From: an uncultured Eubacteriales bacterium
GTDB lineage: Bacteria > Bacillota > Clostridia > Peptostreptococcales > Anaerovoracaceae
Reading direction: 5' to 3'
DNA: 64,000 bases
Assembly (NCBI GenBank): GCA_900318105.1
Contig: ONJG01000013.1
Location: 5,089-69,088, forward strand
Positions 9,303 through 19,189 of this stretch are shown piece after piece. Position numbers and translations under genes: made by a program. The notes below the pieces were generated by a model. It was given only the letters and a program-made list of their open reading frames with translations. It did not search any database and had not been told where the DNA came from. The stretch's first letter is position 1; the number at the start of each line of letters is the position of its first letter.

Positions 9303-10064
9303 TTAACCAAGTTCGGCAGCTGCATTAGCTATTGCTGTGAAATCATCAATTTTAAGGCTGGCCCCTCCGATAAGTCCGCCGTTAATATCCGGCTTTTCCA
9401 GAAGCTCTTTTGCATTGGACGGCTTCATGCTGCCACCGTAGAGAATAAGTATGGAATCGCCAGTTGCATTGTCGTAATTACCGGAGAGAACTCCTCTGAT
9501 AAATGCACACATTTCCTCTGCCTGCTCGGGTGTTGCTGTCTTGCCTGTTCCGATGGCCCAAATAGGCTCATATGCGACAACGATTTTTGCTGCCTCGGAT
9601 GCAGGTATTCCGGCAAAGTCAGCGAGAATCTGTCCTGCGACAAATGTCTGCTCTCCGCCCTGCTCTCTTACCTCAAGAGATTCGCCTACGCAGAGTATGG
9701 GTGTAATGCCTGCGTTAAGAAGGGCGATGAGTTTCTTGTTGACAGTTTCATCAGTCTCTGCAAAGTATTCCCTTCTCTCGGAATGTCCTACAACGCAATA
9801 ATCAACGCCTATTTCCTTGAGCATCGGCACGGATACCTCACCTGTGAATGCCCCGGATTCTTCAAAATGCACATTCTGTGCTCCGAATCCTATACCTGAA
9901 CCCGCAAGGCCTTCTTTGGTCTCCTTAAGATCCGTAAAAGGCACGAGCACTGCAACATCTTTTGCATTTGTCAGATTCTGTGCTGCGAGCTCCTTGCAAA
10001 AATCAAGAGCCTCGCTTGCGAGCTTGTTCATTTTCCAGTTTCCTGCGATTAAAAATTTCTTCAT
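9303..10064 (-). CDS. tpiA: triosephosphate isomerase
   Basis: 253-aa ORF with [25 protein letters not shown] and GGASLK motifs. Confidence 0.96.
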   Translation of the reverse strand: MKKFLIAGNWKMNKLASEALDFCKELAAQNLTNAKDVAVLVPFTDLKETKEGLAGSGIGFGAQNVHFEESGAFTGEVSVPMLKEIGVDYCVVGHSERREYFAETDETVNKKLIALLNAGITPILCVGESLEVREQGGEQTFVAGQILADFAGIPASEAAKIVVAYEPIWAIGTGKTATPEQAEEMCAFIRGVLSGNYDNATGDSILILYGGSMKPSNAKELLEKPDINGGLIGGASLKIDDFTAIANAAAELG

Positions 10065-10110
10065 TTTCTATCTCCTGTCTTGTAATCCCAACATCAGTAA
10101 AAACCAATAA

Positions 10111-11295
10111 TTATTTGTCTTCTATCACGGCGATACCGGGTAGTTCTTTTCCTTCAAGGAATTCGAGGCTTGCTCCTCCTCCGGTACTGATATGTGTCAT
10201 CTTGTCTGCAAGTCCGAACTTTGCAACTGCGGCTGCGCTGTCGCCTCCGCCGATAACAGTAGTCGCATCACACTCAGCCAGGCATTCGGCAATTGCTTTG
10301 GTGCCTGCTGCAAATGTATCCATTTCAAACACTCCCATAGGTCCGTTCCAGACTATTGTCTTTGCGGATTTAAGAGCATCACCGAAAAGCTTTATCGTTT
10401 CGGGGCCTATATCAAGACCCATTCTGTTATCAGGTATTTTGTCTGCCGGATATGTATCGTGTGGAGAATTCTCCGCAAACTCATCTGCCGCAACCACATC
10501 CACGGGAAGCATGAATTTAACTCCCTTTTCCTCTGCGAGTTTTAGAATATCTCCCGCAAGTTCAAGGCCCTCCTCGTCAAGAAGCCATGTTCCGATTGAA
10601 TACCCCTGTGACTTAAAGAATGTATAAGACATCCCTCCTCCTACTATGAGTATATCCACTTTATCGAGGAGATTTGTAATTACAGGGATCTTATCCTTTA
10701 CTTTTGCACCGCCCATGACAGCGGCAAACGGTCTTTTCGGATTGTTGACTGCCTCTCCCAGGAACTTAAGCTCCTTTTCAATGAGGAAACCCGATACAGC
10801 AGGTATATAGTCGGCTATACCTGTAGTTGATGCATGTGCTCTGTGGACCGTTCCGAACGCCTCCTGCACAAATACATCTCCGAGCTCCGAAAGTTCCTTT
10901 GCAAATGCAGCGTCGTTTTTTTCTTCTTCGGCTCTGTATCTGACATTTTCGATGAGCATAATATCACCGGCAGAAAGGCTCTTTGCTGCGGTCTTTACTT
11001 CGTCATCCACAACAAGATCCGATGCCACAAATCTGACTTCTTTTCCGATGCATTCGGAAAGTCTCCTGGCTACAGGTGCAAGGCTGAATTCGGGTTTCGG
11101 CTCACCCTTTGGCCTTCCGAGGTGTGACATGAGAACAATTGCCGCTCCGTTTTCTGCCAGGTAGCTTATGCTCGGGAGCGCTGCCTGAATACGAGTATCG
11201 TCGGTGATCTTATCTCCGTCGAGAGGCACGTTGAAATCGCATCTCATCACGGCGGTCTTGCCCGCCCAGTTTACGTCTTTGATTGTCTTTTTCAT
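10111..11295 (-). CDS. pgk: phosphoglycerate kinase
   Basis: 394-aa ORF with [16 protein letters not shown] and GGGDSAAAV motifs. Confidence 0.97.
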   Translation of the reverse strand: MKKTIKDVNWAGKTAVMRCDFNVPLDGDKITDDTRIQAALPSISYLAENGAAIVLMSHLGRPKGEPKPEFSLAPVARRLSECIGKEVRFVASDLVVDDEVKTAAKSLSAGDIMLIENVRYRAEEEKNDAAFAKELSELGDVFVQEAFGTVHRAHASTTGIADYIPAVSGFLIEKELKFLGEAVNNPKRPFAAVMGGAKVKDKIPVITNLLDKVDILIVGGGMSYTFFKSQGYSIGTWLLDEEGLELAGDILKLAEEKGVKFMLPVDVVAADEFAENSPHDTYPADKIPDNRMGLDIGPETIKLFGDALKSAKTIVWNGPMGVFEMDTFAAGTKAIAECLAECDATTVIGGGDSAAAVAKFGLADKMTHISTGGGASLEFLEGKELPGIAVIEDK

Positions 11296-11341
11296 TTAAT
11301 CCTATCTCCTTTTCGGGAGGGTAAATCCTCCGATATATTAA

Positions 11342-12379
11342 TTATTCACCCTTTGGAATCGGGAATGTATCGTTATCGACTTCATACATATGTCTTACAA
11401 ATCTGAGCATGTTTGAGGTATATCCGAACTCATTGTCGTAATATCCCACAATCTTGAAGAATTTATCATTTACTTCAATTCCCATCTTTCCGTCATAGAC
11501 AGATGGAGCCGAGCAACCGACAAAATCTATTGTAGTGACCTCATCCTCAGTATAAAGCAGTACATCCTTGAGGTAAGTCTCGGATGCTTCCTTCATTGCT
11601 TTGTTGATCTTATCAAGCGACGCTGCATTTCTGAGTACAACATCAAGGTCAACTGCAGATACGTCGACTGCAGGGATTCTGAACGCCATGCCGGTAATGG
11701 CTCCCTCGAGCTCCGGAATTACCAGCGCAACTGCCTTTGCGGCTCCTGTTGTCGTCGGAATTATGTTATTGAAAACCGAACGTCCCATTCTCCAGTTGTA
11801 TTTTGTACGCCCGTCATTTGTTTTTTGTTTTCCTGTTGTGGAGTGTATCGTTGTCAGGAGGCCTTCGTAAATGCCCCACTTATCATTGATAACCTTGCAT
11901 ATCGGCGCGAGGCAGTTGGTCGTGCATGATGCAGTGGACACAACATCCATATTGCGCTTGTACCAATCGTGATTAACGCCGTATACAAATGTCGGTGTGA
12001 CCTTGTCCTTTGCAGGTGCGGAAATGATTACTTTCTTGGCTCCCGCCGAGAGATGTGGTGCTGACTTTTCAGTGGATGTAAGCGTTCCGGTACCATCGAT
12101 TATGTACTCTGCTCCGCATTCACTCCACGGAATATTCGTCGGGTCTGATTCAAAATATACCGGAATCTTTTTTCCTCCTACGGTAATACCTTTCTCATAA
12201 GTGCCGACTTCCTCGGGAAACCTGCCGAATACCGAATCATATTTGAGCATATATGCAACATAGTCATAATCAGCATTACGCCAGTTGATGCCGACAACTT
12301 CCATTTCCGGGAAATTACGAATGGCTCTCATTACACATGTTGAAATTCTGCCCCACCCATTGATACCGACTTTTATCAT
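11342..12379 (-). CDS. gap: glyceraldehyde-3-phosphate dehydrogenase (divergent type I)
   Basis: 345-aa ORF with the catalytic ASCTTNCLAP, TIHSTT and IIPTTTGAAKAV motifs. It heads a gap-pgk-tpiA cluster. Confidence 0.92.
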   Translation of the reverse strand: MIKVGINGWGRISTCVMRAIRNFPEMEVVGINWRNADYDYVAYMLKYDSVFGRFPEEVGTYEKGITVGGKKIPVYFESDPTNIPWSECGAEYIIDGTGTLTSTEKSAPHLSAGAKKVIISAPAKDKVTPTFVYGVNHDWYKRNMDVVSTASCTTNCLAPICKVINDKWGIYEGLLTTIHSTTGKQKTNDGRTKYNWRMGRSVFNNIIPTTTGAAKAVALVIPELEGAITGMAFRIPAVDVSAVDLDVVLRNAASLDKINKAMKEASETYLKDVLLYTEDEVTTIDFVGCSAPSVYDGKMGIEVNDKFFKIVGYYDNEFGYTSNMLRFVRHMYEVDNDTFPIPKGE

Positions 12380-12477
12380 TTCTTCCTCCTGTAAAAATCC
12401 AAGTAATAATTAATAGGTATTAATTACACGACTATATTAACAAATAGAACTGAATCAAACAACACAAGACGGACACA

Positions 12478-13704
12478 CTATTTTTCCGTTTTAAGCTCCT
12501 CGAATTTCTCTCTTACCGAAGGAGCATTTTTGGTGAGTCTCTTTATGTTGACATTCTCAATTTTATTGTTAGCTGTATTGAGATGCTTCTCCGAAGTCAT
12601 CAGGTTTTCCTTAATCCTGTTCAGCGCGGCGATTGCATTGTCAATTCCCTTGATTGCATCTTCATATCTGTCAGTCGCAAGTCTGAAACTGTCTGCAAAG
12701 CTCTTTTTGAAAGTGTTCAGATTTTCCTCGAAATTGTTAAGCTCAAGCTCCTGATTCTGTACATATGCAAGCTTTTGCCTGTATTCGAGAGAATTCAGAG
12801 CGGCATTTCGAAGCAGCGAGATGATGGGTATAAAAAACTGCGGCCTTACGACGAACATCTTTGGATATCTGTATGAGACATCCACTATTCCGTTGTTATA
12901 CAGCTCATTATCGCTTTCAAGGAGTGAAACCAGCACGGCATATTCGCAGTTCTTTTCATTCCTGTCCTTATCGAGTTCCTTGAAGAAATCCTCGTTTTTA
13001 TGCTTGGTCCTGGTCGTATCCATTTCGTTTTTCATCTCAAACATAATGGATATAAATTCGGTGCCTCCGGCGGACTCCCTGAATATGAAGTCCCCTTTGC
13101 TGCCGCTGCTTGCGTCATTGTCCTTTTCGAATTCAGCATTTGGAAAAGCAGTCATTCTGATCTGATTGAACTGTGCCATGCAATGCTGCTCGAGGCTTTC
13201 TCCTATCATCTTGGTGGACTGTCTGGCTTTGAAATCCTTAAGCCTTTCGATTTCCTCGTCCCTCAGCTTTATCTCCCCTTTGTGCTTTTCGGCCAGGTTG
13301 TTTTCCCTGAGCTCACTTTCTTTCTTTTGCAGCTCAATATCGGACATCAGCTTTGTTATCTCGGTTCCTTTAATGGAAAGCTCTCTGTCCTTTTCCTGAA
13401 CTGCCTCGGAAACTGCCAGTTTCTTTTCAACATCTGCATTTTCGAGCAGAGCACGCAATCTTTCTATCTCGTTTTCTTTTTCTGCAATTTCCGAATTCTT
13501 TTTCGAAATCTCCTCACTATGGAGCTTATCCTGCTCCATCTTTGCGATTGTCAGATCGCTTTCATTCTTGCGGCTTAACTCCTCTTCTCTCCTCTCAAGT
13601 TCCTTATTGAACTCTTTGTCCCGGACCTGCTGAACAATCTGAGAGTATCCGGTCTCATCGACCTGAAATACTTTACCGCAATTCGGACATTTGATTTCCT
13701 GCAT
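12478..13704 (-). CDS. DUF2130-like protein: zinc ribbon, coiled coil and a putative PD-(D/E)xK nuclease-like C-terminus
   Basis: 408-aa ORF with an N-terminal CPNCGKVF zinc ribbon and a long E/K-rich coiled coil. GDFIFRE...ISIMFEMKNE resembles a D...ExK motif. Confidence 0.75.
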   Translation of the reverse strand: MQEIKCPNCGKVFQVDETGYSQIVQQVRDKEFNKELERREEELSRKNESDLTIAKMEQDKLHSEEISKKNSEIAEKENEIERLRALLENADVEKKLAVSEAVQEKDRELSIKGTEITKLMSDIELQKKESELRENNLAEKHKGEIKLRDEEIERLKDFKARQSTKMIGESLEQHCMAQFNQIRMTAFPNAEFEKDNDASSGSKGDFIFRESAGGTEFISIMFEMKNEMDTTRTKHKNEDFFKELDKDRNEKNCEYAVLVSLLESDNELYNNGIVDVSYRYPKMFVVRPQFFIPIISLLRNAALNSLEYRQKLAYVQNQELELNNFEENLNTFKKSFADSFRLATDRYEDAIKGIDNAIAALNRIKENLMTSEKHLNTANNKIENVNIKRLTKNAPSVREKFEELKTEK

Positions 13705-13722
13705 AATTACACCTCTGTAAAA

Positions 13723-14361
13723 CTACCTGGAATTATAAAGACATATCTGACTTAATATGCACGCATCACAATCCGGTTTTCTTGCATGGCAAATCTTTCT
13801 TCCATGAAATATAAGCAAATGATGCGACCTGATCCACTGCTCCTCGGGAATCCTCTTTCTGAGCTGTTCCTCTGTTTTTTCAACATCCTTTGCATTGGCT
13901 ATTCCGATTCTGTTGGAAACTCTGAATACGTGGGTATCTACCGCTATTGCGGGAACACCGAATGCCTCGGCAAGCACTACATTTGCCGTCTTTCTGCCGA
14001 CTCCCGGGAGACTCACAAGCTCATCGAAACTTCCCGGAACTTCCCCTCCGAAATCGTCGCATATCTTTGCTGCGAGTTTTACGATATTTACCGATTTGTT
14101 TTTGTAAAGACCTATTGTATGAATAATCTCCGAGACATCATCCGGATCCGCAGCGGCCAGAGCATGGGCATCGGGGTACCTTTCAAACAGGGCAGGTGTC
14201 ACCTTATTTACACTGACATCAGTGGTCTGTGCCGATAAAACAACAGCAACAATAAGCTCAAATCTGCTCCTGTGATCCAGCGCACATGCAGCTTCCGGAT
14301 GCATCTCCTCCAGCAGCGCCAGTGCTTCCTGTATTTCATTTTCCTTCAGTCTTTTTCTCAT
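13723..14361 (-). CDS. nth: endonuclease III
   Basis: 212-aa ORF with the HhH-GPD motif LPGVGRKTANVV and the C-terminal 4Fe-4S cluster CHARKPDCDACILSQIC. Confidence 0.93.
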   Translation of the reverse strand: MRKRLKENEIQEALALLEEMHPEAACALDHRSRFELIVAVVLSAQTTDVSVNKVTPALFERYPDAHALAAADPDDVSEIIHTIGLYKNKSVNIVKLAAKICDDFGGEVPGSFDELVSLPGVGRKTANVVLAEAFGVPAIAVDTHVFRVSNRIGIANAKDVEKTEEQLRKRIPEEQWIRSHHLLIFHGRKICHARKPDCDACILSQICLYNSR

Positions 14362-14452
14362 TATCGGATTTATAGATTAATTTCATTTGAAATAGTATAC
14401 AATTTATTTTAATATGAGGATAAGTTAATCAAATATATGAATCGAGGACAAT

Positions 14453-15109
14453 ATGGACGTTATAAGTGATAAATCGACACAGCCGCTTTCGGCCAATCTT
14501 TATGCCGACCTTCAGGCTGATATTCTCTCCGGAGAATTTCCGGATAATTCCAAGCTCACGGAACAGGTCATCTGCAAGAAATACAATGTCAGCAGAACTC
14601 CCGTGAGAGAAGCATTTCGTCAGCTCGAAGCCGACGGTCTTATCGAAAACGTTCCTAACAGAGGCGCTTATGTTACAGCCCTCTCAAAGAGAGACATATC
14701 GGATCTCTTTGACCTGAGATCGTTGTTTGAGGTCCAGGCCATCGAATGGGCCATTAAACGCATGACCAGTGACGATATAGATGCCCTGAGGGAAACCGTT
14801 GAATTCATGGAGTTCTATACTCTGAGAGGAGATATAGAGAAAGTCCTGATGTTCAACTCTCAGTTTCACAGCATACTCTATCAGGGAACCAAGGACAGGA
14901 TGATACAAAAAACCCTGTCCACCTATCAGACCTATCTTAAACATTCGGCTCCCGCAAAGACCTATACAGGTGACTATCTCAAGATAATACTTGAAGAGCA
15001 CAAAGCCATCTTTGATGCGGTTGAGTCCAAAAATCCTGCAGCCGGACGCAAAGCCATGGAATATCACATGGAGCAGTCCAAGCTCCGGAGAATGAGCAAT
15101 TACTTCTAA
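14453..15109 (+). CDS. GntR-family transcriptional regulator (FadR/FCD subfamily)
   Basis: 218-aa ORF with the wHTH segment LTEQVICKKYNVSRTPVREAFRQLEADGLI, followed by a helical FCD-like domain. Confidence 0.88.
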   Translation: MDVISDKSTQPLSANLYADLQADILSGEFPDNSKLTEQVICKKYNVSRTPVREAFRQLEADGLIENVPNRGAYVTALSKRDISDLFDLRSLFEVQAIEWAIKRMTSDDIDALRETVEFMEFYTLRGDIEKVLMFNSQFHSILYQGTKDRMIQKTLSTYQTYLKHSAPAKTYTGDYLKIILEEHKAIFDAVESKNPAAGRKAMEYHMEQSKLRRMSNYF

Positions 15110-15735
15110 TAAACCAGCAAATTCATAAGCATACTTACGGCCGGCGAGATTATCCTCCCGGTCATATTTGTTATTATCAACAGGAGAAGTATCCACGTTC
15201 CGCGCTGATAAAGCGGATACCACCAGTCATATTTATCCAGTTTAAAAAGCTGTGTGACAAGGCCGAAACCGTCGAGTGGCGGGCATGGTATCAGATTGAA
15301 TATCATCAGAACGAGATTAATTGACACTGCATAAAACAGTATCATTATTATGTTCTCCATGAGGGCGTTCGGCCCTACTGATGCATAATGCTTAATGACA
15401 AATCTCACCGGGATTGCAATGATGACAGCCAGTATGAGATTCATTGTCACTCCCGCGATTCTAACGAGGAACTCATCGCGCCTCCTGTGCTTGTAGTATC
15501 CCGGGTCGATCATAACGGGTTTGCCCCATCCGAATCCGACAAGGAGAAGTGCCGCAAATCCTATCCAGTCAATATGCGCAAGCGGATTTATCGTCAGTCT
15601 GCCCTGCCTCCTCGGCGTCGGATCGCCGAGCTTGTCCGACATCCATGCATGTGCAAATTCATGCATGGACAGTGCGAGCACTATGCCGGGAAGTGTCAGA
15701 ATCTTGTCCATTATTGCATCCAAGGTGATGTTCAT
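15106..15735 (-). CDS. site-2 protease family (peptidase M50) membrane protein
   Basis: 209-aa multi-TM ORF with the HEFAHAW zinc motif and the downstream LIPCPPLDG motif. Confidence 0.85.
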   Translation of the reverse strand: MNITLDAIMDKILTLPGIVLALSMHEFAHAWMSDKLGDPTPRRQGRLTINPLAHIDWIGFAALLLVGFGWGKPVMIDPGYYKHRRRDEFLVRIAGVTMNLILAVIIAIPVRFVIKHYASVGPNALMENIIMILFYAVSINLVLMIFNLIPCPPLDGFGLVTQLFKLDKYDWWYPLYQRGTWILLLLIITNMTGRIISPAVSMLMNLLVY

Positions 15736-15750
15736 AAAATTATCCCTTTC

Positions 15751-17229
15751 TCAGAGTATTTCCGTAAGCAGCCTTGAGATTGACTCGAGCGCTTTTTCTT
15801 TAAAATCTATATTGTCCCTGTCTTCCTGGGTGTATTCCCTGCAGAATTCGAGATCCTTTCTGAACTGATCGTTCATCCCCTTTGTGACATCGCTGTCATA
15901 AATGAAGGCGTTGGACTCAAAGTTAAGCCTGAAACTTCTTATATCGAAGTTTGTCGATCCCGTGGTGCATACTTCTTCATCAACCGTCAGGGTCTTGGCA
16001 TGCAGGAAGCCGTTCTCATAGATATATATCTTTGCGCCTTCCTTTATGAGGCGTCCTGCATTGTACAGGGTCGTTCTGTATACAAATGGATGATCAGGTA
16101 TGCAAGGAATCATTATCCTGACATCAAGCCCCGATCTTGCTGCCATGGCAAGCGAATCCAGCATGGGTTCATCCGGAACAAGATACGGTGTCTGAATGTA
16201 TATGCTTTCCATGGCTCCCGTAATCATCTTCATCATGGAGCGCTTGACTTCTTCCTTTTCCGACTCAGGTCCGCAGGAGACTATCTGAACCGGTATCTTT
16301 CCGTTTATGGGTTTGTATGCATATTTTATCGACTGCTCCACGAGGTTCAGGTCTTCTTTGGATGCAAATCTCCAGTCCATGTAAAATCTCTCGTTTAAAG
16401 CAGCGAGTGAATTACCCCTGATTATCATCTGAGTATCCCGCCAATAGCCGAATTTTTTCTTATAACCGAGATATTCCTTTGCGATGTTGAATCCGCCGAT
16501 ATAACCGATTTCATTGTCGATAATCGCGATTTTTCTGTGATTCCGGTAATTTATTCTGAAATACATGTGCCTGATCAGAGGCTTAAAGAAAAAGGCGTAT
16601 TTACCCCCGGCCTTTTTAAATTCACTCAGGTCATGACGTCCGATGCTCCTGCTTCCGAGAGCGTCCATCAGAAGCCTTACCTTTACCCCTTCCCTGGCCT
16701 TTTGCGTAAGCAGGTCCAGGAGGCGCTGTCCGACAAAATCGTCTTTGACTATGTAGTAGCATAGCTTGATGGTGTATTTGGCATTGACTATGTCCTCGCA
16801 CAGCCTGTTGAACATCTCCTGCCCGTCGTATATGAGCTCCACACTGTCATTATCCATCAGAAGGGAATCCGCATACTCGAGGTTCATTGAAATCATCCCC
16901 CGCCAGCGATTAATCACTTCGTTATCAGAATCCGAAATTCCCGTTTTGACGCTTTCTTTCTGCCATCCGAGGAGTGTGCTTATACCGAACTTTTCCTCCT
17001 CTGTCATCCTGAAAATCTGCTGCCTCGCTATATTCTGTGAAAGTATCAGATAGAGAATAAGCCCTACCACCGGCAGCATGAAGAGCAGCATGATCCAGGC
17101 CAGGGTTGCCGTCGGGGGTTTATTATCAATGAAAACAAGACCGAATGTAATAAGCGCATTCAGTATATATACCAGCACCATGATGTGCGAAAATGTGAAG
17201 AAATTTGCAATCTGATCAATTAATTCCAT
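15751..17229 (-). CDS. cls: cardiolipin synthase
   Basis: 492-aa ORF with two N-terminal TM helices and two HKD motifs (NHRKIAIID and LHAKTLTVD). Confidence 0.93.
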   Translation of the reverse strand: MELIDQIANFFTFSHIMVLVYILNALITFGLVFIDNKPPTATLAWIMLLFMLPVVGLILYLILSQNIARQQIFRMTEEEKFGISTLLGWQKESVKTGISDSDNEVINRWRGMISMNLEYADSLLMDNDSVELIYDGQEMFNRLCEDIVNAKYTIKLCYYIVKDDFVGQRLLDLLTQKAREGVKVRLLMDALGSRSIGRHDLSEFKKAGGKYAFFFKPLIRHMYFRINYRNHRKIAIIDNEIGYIGGFNIAKEYLGYKKKFGYWRDTQMIIRGNSLAALNERFYMDWRFASKEDLNLVEQSIKYAYKPINGKIPVQIVSCGPESEKEEVKRSMMKMITGAMESIYIQTPYLVPDEPMLDSLAMAARSGLDVRIMIPCIPDHPFVYRTTLYNAGRLIKEGAKIYIYENGFLHAKTLTVDEEVCTTGSTNFDIRSFRLNFESNAFIYDSDVTKGMNDQFRKDLEFCREYTQEDRDNIDFKEKALESISRLLTEIL

Positions 17230-18551
17230 TACAGCTCATGTCCTTCCAGACTGAATGTTTTGGTATCATCGATTCTGACCTTTACAATCCGGCCCACTAT
17301 ATCTTTCTCGTTTTTATCCGATGTAAAATTGACGAGCTTAAATCCGTCGGTTCTTCCGGAAAATATGTTGTCCGAAGTTTTGCTTACGCCGTCAACCATG
17401 ACTTCTACGGTCGTATCCTTGTATTTCAGATTCTTTTCATAGCTGATTCCGTCCATAAGTTCAACCAGTCTGTTGAACCTGTCGTGGCAGACATCATCCG
17501 GAATCTGATCCTCGAACTTTGCAGCTGGAGTCCCTTCTCTCGGCGAATATATGAATGTGAACGCGGAGTCATATCTGACCTTTCGTGCCATATCAAGGGT
17601 CTGCTCAAAGTCCTCTTCGCTTTCTCCCGGAAATCCGACTATAACATCGGTGGAAATTGTAATATCCGGAGCCACGGACCTGAGCTTATCCACTATCGCA
17701 AGATAGCTTTCGCTGTCATAGTGCCTGTTCATGCGCCTGAGCACCCTGTCGCTTCCGGACTGAACCGGAAGGTGGATGTTCCTGCAGAGTTTATCGCAGG
17801 TCCTGAAGCAGTCTATCATCTCATCCGATATGTCCTTTGGATGAGAAGTCATGAATCTTATTCTCTCCAGGCCATCGATTTCGTTTACGGCATGAATCAG
17901 ATCGGCGAAGCTGTTTCCGAGAGCATCCCTGTATGAGTCCACGTTCTGACCCAGAAGCATGACTTCCTTTACTCCGTCTGAAACCAGCCTTTCGACCTCG
18001 CAGACTATCTCGGACATCATACGGCTTTTCTCCCTGCCTCTGGTGTACGGAACTATGCAGTATGTGCAGAAATTGTTGCAGCCGAAGGTGATATTAACCA
18101 GAGCCTTGTGTCTGTGCATCCTTACGGGATGCATCTCATCCTCGGTGATGTCCGGATTATTATCAACGATGGCTCTTTGTTTCTTTCCGGTGGTCTTTCT
18201 GAGCTCGAGCAGTTCAGGAAGCTTCGCTATGTTCTGGGTGCCGAAAACTATGTCCACCCAGGAGAATCTCTTGTTGATCTCCTCAACTATTCTCGGCTGC
18301 TGGGGCATGCATCCGCACACGCAAAGCATGAAATCCGGATTGTTTTTCTTTAGCTTTTTAAACTGTCCGAGAACTCCGAAAAATCTCTTGTCGGCATTTT
18401 CTCTGACGCTGCAGGTATTCATAATAACGAGGTCGGCCTTATATGGGTCTTCCTCGTGTATATATCCCAGAGCTTCGAGCATCCCCGCTATATTCTCTGA
18501 GTCATGTTCATTCATCTGGCAACCATACGTTATGATATGGTACTTGCTCAT
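17229..18551 (-). CDS. miaB: tRNA (i6A37) methylthiotransferase MiaB
   Basis: 440-aa ORF with an N-terminal MTTase Cys triad (YGCQMN...), the radical-SAM motif CNNFCTYCIVP and a TRAM C-terminus. Confidence 0.94.
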   Translation of the reverse strand: MSKYHIITYGCQMNEHDSENIAGMLEALGYIHEEDPYKADLVIMNTCSVRENADKRFFGVLGQFKKLKKNNPDFMLCVCGCMPQQPRIVEEINKRFSWVDIVFGTQNIAKLPELLELRKTTGKKQRAIVDNNPDITEDEMHPVRMHRHKALVNITFGCNNFCTYCIVPYTRGREKSRMMSEIVCEVERLVSDGVKEVMLLGQNVDSYRDALGNSFADLIHAVNEIDGLERIRFMTSHPKDISDEMIDCFRTCDKLCRNIHLPVQSGSDRVLRRMNRHYDSESYLAIVDKLRSVAPDITISTDVIVGFPGESEEDFEQTLDMARKVRYDSAFTFIYSPREGTPAAKFEDQIPDDVCHDRFNRLVELMDGISYEKNLKYKDTTVEVMVDGVSKTSDNIFSGRTDGFKLVNFTSDKNEKDIVGRIVKVRIDDTKTFSLEGHEL

Positions 18552-18568
18552 TATTCTTCCTCTTTTCC

Positions 18569-19189
18569 TTAACTGTCTTTGCTGTCTGCATGCCCGACAG
18601 TCAGAGCTTCTTCTTCGCCTTTTGCGATCCTCCTTATGTTGGCTATATGCTGCATCATGAGGAACAGTACCATAAAGACTGCGAATATGACGCAGTATCT
18701 GTCAGGCATGAAATGCCACAGGAGAAACGGATAAGACACGGCAGCTCCGAGTGATGCGACAGACATCCTTTTACCTGATACCAGAAACAAAATCCCGGCA
18801 ATTGCAGCAGCCGCAAGTGCGCTCTGCCAGTTAAGAGCAAGCGCCGCACCGAGTGATGCCGCAACGCCCTTTCCCCCTTTGAATTTGTACAAAGCGGGAT
18901 AGCAGTGTCCAATCACTACGAAGGCGAAAGCGACCAGGCCGCCTGAATAACTGTGCGCAATATATATACCCGTCTTCACTGCTATGAAGGCTTTAAGTAT
19001 ATCAACCACAAATACGACTATGCCTGCCCAGAGCCCTATGACTCTGATGGTATTGGTCATACCTGCGTTTCCGCTGCCTTCTTTGCGTATATCTATTCCG
19101 TGCAGTTTGCCTATTATGATGGCGGGATTTATATTTCCAAGAGCATATGCTATGAGTGCTATGAGTATATAGGTCAGTGAGCCGTTCAT
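18569..19189 (-). CDS. plsY: glycerol-3-phosphate acyltransferase PlsY
   Basis: 206-aa membrane ORF with GSGNAGMTN and FKGGKGVA motifs. Confidence 0.93.
   Translation of the reverse strand: MNGSLTYILIALIAYALGNINPAIIIGKLHGIDIRKEGSGNAGMTNTIRVIGLWAGIVVFVVDILKAFIAVKTGIYIAHSYSGGLVAFAFVVIGHCYPALYKFKGGKGVAASLGAALALNWQSALAAAAIAGILFLVSGKRMSVASLGAAVSYPFLLWHFMPDRYCVIFAVFMVLFLMMQHIANIRRIAKGEEEALTVGHADSKDS

Noticed and set aside
14391-14403. A GTATAC core in the nth/GntR divergent region, considered as a GntR operator.
   Set aside because: Only a 6-bp palindrome with non-symmetric flanks. It is too short to distinguish from chance in AT-rich intergenic DNA.
17205-17936. Plus-strand ORFs of 243 aa (17205-17936) and 297 aa (19660-20553).
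   Set aside because: They are antisense to miaB and der, both of which carry unambiguous family motifs. There is no independent support.
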